Origin: Phoronis australis
Taxonomy: Eukaryota > Animalia > Phoronida
DNA length: 64,000 nt
Reading direction: 5' to 3'
NCBI GenBank assembly: GCA_002633005.1
Contig: NMRA01000696.1
Span: forward strand, 136,006 to 200,005
In this document: in pieces, positions 60,917-64,000 of the stretch
Layout of the letters: every line of letters starts with the position of its first letter
Position numbering within the stretch: the stretch's first letter is position 1
Translations under genes and position numbers: made by a program
Notes under the pieces: model-generated
Told to the model about the DNA's origin: nothing
The model's input: only the letters and a program-made list of their open reading frames with translations
Database searches by the model: none

Positions 60917-61409
60917 CCTCGACTGTGCGGAGATGGGTGTGCGGTACTTTTTTTTCTCCCGCCAAGTAAGGAAAAGCTTTGGTTATGTCAACTTTTCGTT
61001 TTTTGGGAAAAACGGTGCCACTCTTCTGTTGGCGTCCTGTGGTAATTGCCTCCCCTGTCCCTCTCGTTATGCCACTGACTGCATGGATTCATAACAAAAC
61101 GTTTTCGTAAGATTCGAAATAACAATAAAACTGGTTTTTAGGAACGAGGTCTTGAATGAATGCTTTAGGTTGCCCAAATGAATAAGACTAATCAAATTTG
61201 CCGCCGTACACGTGCATTGACTCCACCAGGATACACCAACCGTGGAGTACGGCTCAACCATGGAGTACGGATTGACTCTACTAACCCGTAATTCATGTCG
61301 TATTCCGTTGACATATTCACACATACATGGGATAAAACGTCTTAGGACATATATGTGAAAATATAGATGTTGTATACATACAAGTTATCCCACACACATA
61401 GGAATACTA

Positions 61410-61677
61410 CAGTGGCAGATCTAGAATACCATAAGAGGGGGGGGGGGGGCAACATGTAGCCTCGGGGAATTGGGCAAAGCGCGATTGTATGTGCACGGGC
61501 GGCCCGGCAGTTACGAGAGCCCGGAGATGTGGACCTTCTGTCCGTAAAATCTATCGGCTACCGATCTTAGTTACTGAATTCAATATTTCTCACGCACGCT
61601 TGACACGCTGTTGTTGCTTCATTTTCCTTGCGGCAGCCAAAGGGGGGGGGGGGGCGGCCCCACTAAATCCGCCTATG
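61410..61677. mobile_element. hAT5-like MITE, 5-bp TSD
   Basis: CAGTGGCAGATCTAG ... CTAAATCCGCCTATG; TSD TACTA; subterminal G-runs. Confidence 0.75.
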
Positions 61678-62669
61678 TACTACTGCCATATCTTATCCAG
61701 AATTCATTTCATCTGGGAATGTCCCAACGAGACTGACCAATAACACAGATAAGCAATAGCATAGATACAGGACACATAAAATTGTAAATGTGGTTGACAG
61801 TCTTCACGGATGCAGAGGAAATCTGCATCCGCCCATTGTGTACCCTCTTCCACAATGCCCTAATGTGACGTTCAACTTAAAAAACTTGTGCAGCACACAA
61901 AATGCTCCCGTTTAATTTCAATTATCCTCTTTATCAAACTAATTGAACTCAAATCGATTGAGTCAAAACTTTTTCCCAAACGATACTCTTGCAACATGGC
62001 ATAAAATAATGAGATTTATGGCACTATGTCATAAATTCCTTTATATTCCCTGCTGCCCTCCTCCGGTTGACCATCTGTTCCTGTACATTTTGTACATGTC
62101 CATCCGTGGTCTTGCAGAAAGGACTGTCTAGTCCTACCTGGCCTATGTATACTTCAAATACAAATTGATGGTTACCTGGACCTCACGCGTAATTTCTTAG
62201 TCAACAAGACCCTGGAAGGATTGCGGCGCAGTGCTAATGTGGCGACTATTAGGCAAGTTGGATACGTTACCAACATACATCTAGTTTATCTTCGACATAC
62301 GAGGCTCAGCATACGATTTAGCATTCTTCAGGTTCTTCAGAATATCCGAATTGGTGGGTGCCAACAGCGGAGGGCTTCAGGCATGGAACGCTAGCATTGC
62401 CAGCGACAGGATAGTAGTCAAAATCAATTCTTCCAAAGAGGTAAAACATAGACTCTCGCCATACATCTCCTCATTCACCATCCCCTAATATTTTCATGAA
62501 CATCACATAATTCGTTTTAGTGCAGCAAAACCTAACCCAGGCCTGCAATTCCTTTTGCCATTTTGGCGGGAAACCTCACGCGCTACTTTAGTGCTGTCCT
62601 CCAGAAAGTCATCAACTTGAGACAATTGGAGTTTGTCACGTTTTCCCGCGTGGATGGGTGGGCGCAGGT

Positions 62670-63179
62670 TGTTACCAACCGGTGCTAATAGCTAAATCCG
62701 GTGAGACGATAGACTGAAGACTTATTCGAGTTGTTGATCTAGACCGTACGTTTACAAGCCCACTCGAACAAAACGTCTAACGTAATGCTTGTTCTATGCT
62801 CCAGCCAGTGCTGAGAATCCTTGACTTGTGATGATCTTCTGAGGCACTTCCAGCAACCACATACACTCGTTGATTCAATAACATGCTGCCTCTATAGCTG
62901 GCTCTCTATTCACTAGCGCTTAACTGCTGATTACCTCCACTACAACTCAACTATAACTGAATTTAACTGACTTTAAACTCCAAGTCAACTTCATCTGATT
63001 TAAACTGGCTCTGGCCAGTGCTTGGATATTTATAGTCTCTTACAATGTTCTAGAACTTTTCATCAATTCAAGCACGTGCTAAAACTTTGTGGAATCCACC
63101 CAATTATCCTACAAACATATGCTAGGTTCTAAAATGTTCCAGACTATATTAATCACTAATACTGGAATCTTCTATAACA
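62670..63179 (-). mobile_element. Possible LTR
   Basis: TGTTA...TAACA termini 510 bp apart and TATAAATA on the minus strand near 63030; no TSD found. Confidence 0.3.
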
Positions 63180-64000
63180 TTCCTTGCTATTCTATTGTAA
63201 ACAAATGACATCATCACTGGCCTGACCGCGTGGGTCATGTCAACCAAGTGGCAAATGCTATTAAACAAACAGAACAGTAAAATATAACCTATTTAATTAA
63301 GATCAGTGCCAGCCCACTGCTGACAACACATCGCTGGCAAAGAGAAAATTACACTATAATTTCCTAACTCATAATCAACTGAAACAGATATATAATGTTC
63401 TGGTTCTGTGTCCTTTTCTGGGGTGCTCCCTGTTTTGGTTCTGTTAGTCGACTCGAGTAATGTGCACCGACGTCAGATTTTCCCGGGATGTACTCACATG
63501 AAATTTATAATTCTGCAACGCTGTTACTCATCGCTAGGAAACAAGTGTCAGTCTACTCCTGACAGAGTTCACCATGGGAACTACAAGTTCCACGCATTTC
63601 ACATTGGCGCAGCCACAGTAGAAAGTGCAGTTGGTCGGAAACCGGAACAAATCAGAAATGCGGGCAGGTCGTTCACTAATCCCATGCACACAAAACCTAT
63701 AATCGTTTTAATACCTAATAACTTTCACTGGTTCTAAAGGACCGTTCACTGTGTTGATTGTAGGATATTCTATCGTAAAAGATGTTTTCTATACGCCAAG
63801 ACCTGTCCTGTTGGTAAGCACCGTGGGCGTAACGAGCATTTTGGCAAAGCAAATGGGGCACGCACGGGAACTAAGTCATCCCCAAGTTATGGACCATAAA
63901 CCGCACGGAGGACAAGTCGTCATACATAACGCTAAACCCTCGTGAGAGACCGCCCCGAGTTGGCTGCTGGATCAACTCGGGGCGGTCTGGGATCAAGCGG

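Noticed and set aside
62705-62790. CTGAAGA plus a stem resembling a hammerhead ribozyme
   Set aside because: No GAAA core after stem II and no convincing stems I and III.

Overview
AT-rich, repeat-dense DNA from an invertebrate animal genome; the species cannot be read from the sequence. Four spliced genes lie on the minus strand, all with GT-AG introns whose phases I checked by hand. (1) The first two coding exons of an N-terminal SAM-domain protein (14182-8721; the rest was not found). (2) A complete 11-coding-exon PRPF31 (28153-18842, 489 aa). (3) A divergent 4-exon CLCC1/MCLC-family membrane protein (43864-39075, ~449 aa) with extra N-terminal hydrophobic segments. (4) The last four exons of a TIR_2 + C-terminal SAM-like protein that keeps the TIR catalytic-position Glu (59661-53128). 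Introns and intergenic DNA contain non-autonomous Kolobok elements carrying THAP and KolX stubs (one triple nest), hAT MITEs with 8-bp or 5-bp TSDs, HINE-like repeats, a decayed Academ transposase, two families of long foldback elements, a SINE and many minisatellites. Single Ns at 31158, 40106 and 46112 mark assembly joins, two of them beside probable haplotype duplications. Most ORFs in the supplied track are non-coding artefacts. No rRNA, intact tRNA or CRISPR array was seen. I found no clearly new biological system; the best leads are the TIR-SAM gene and the CLCC1 paralogue.
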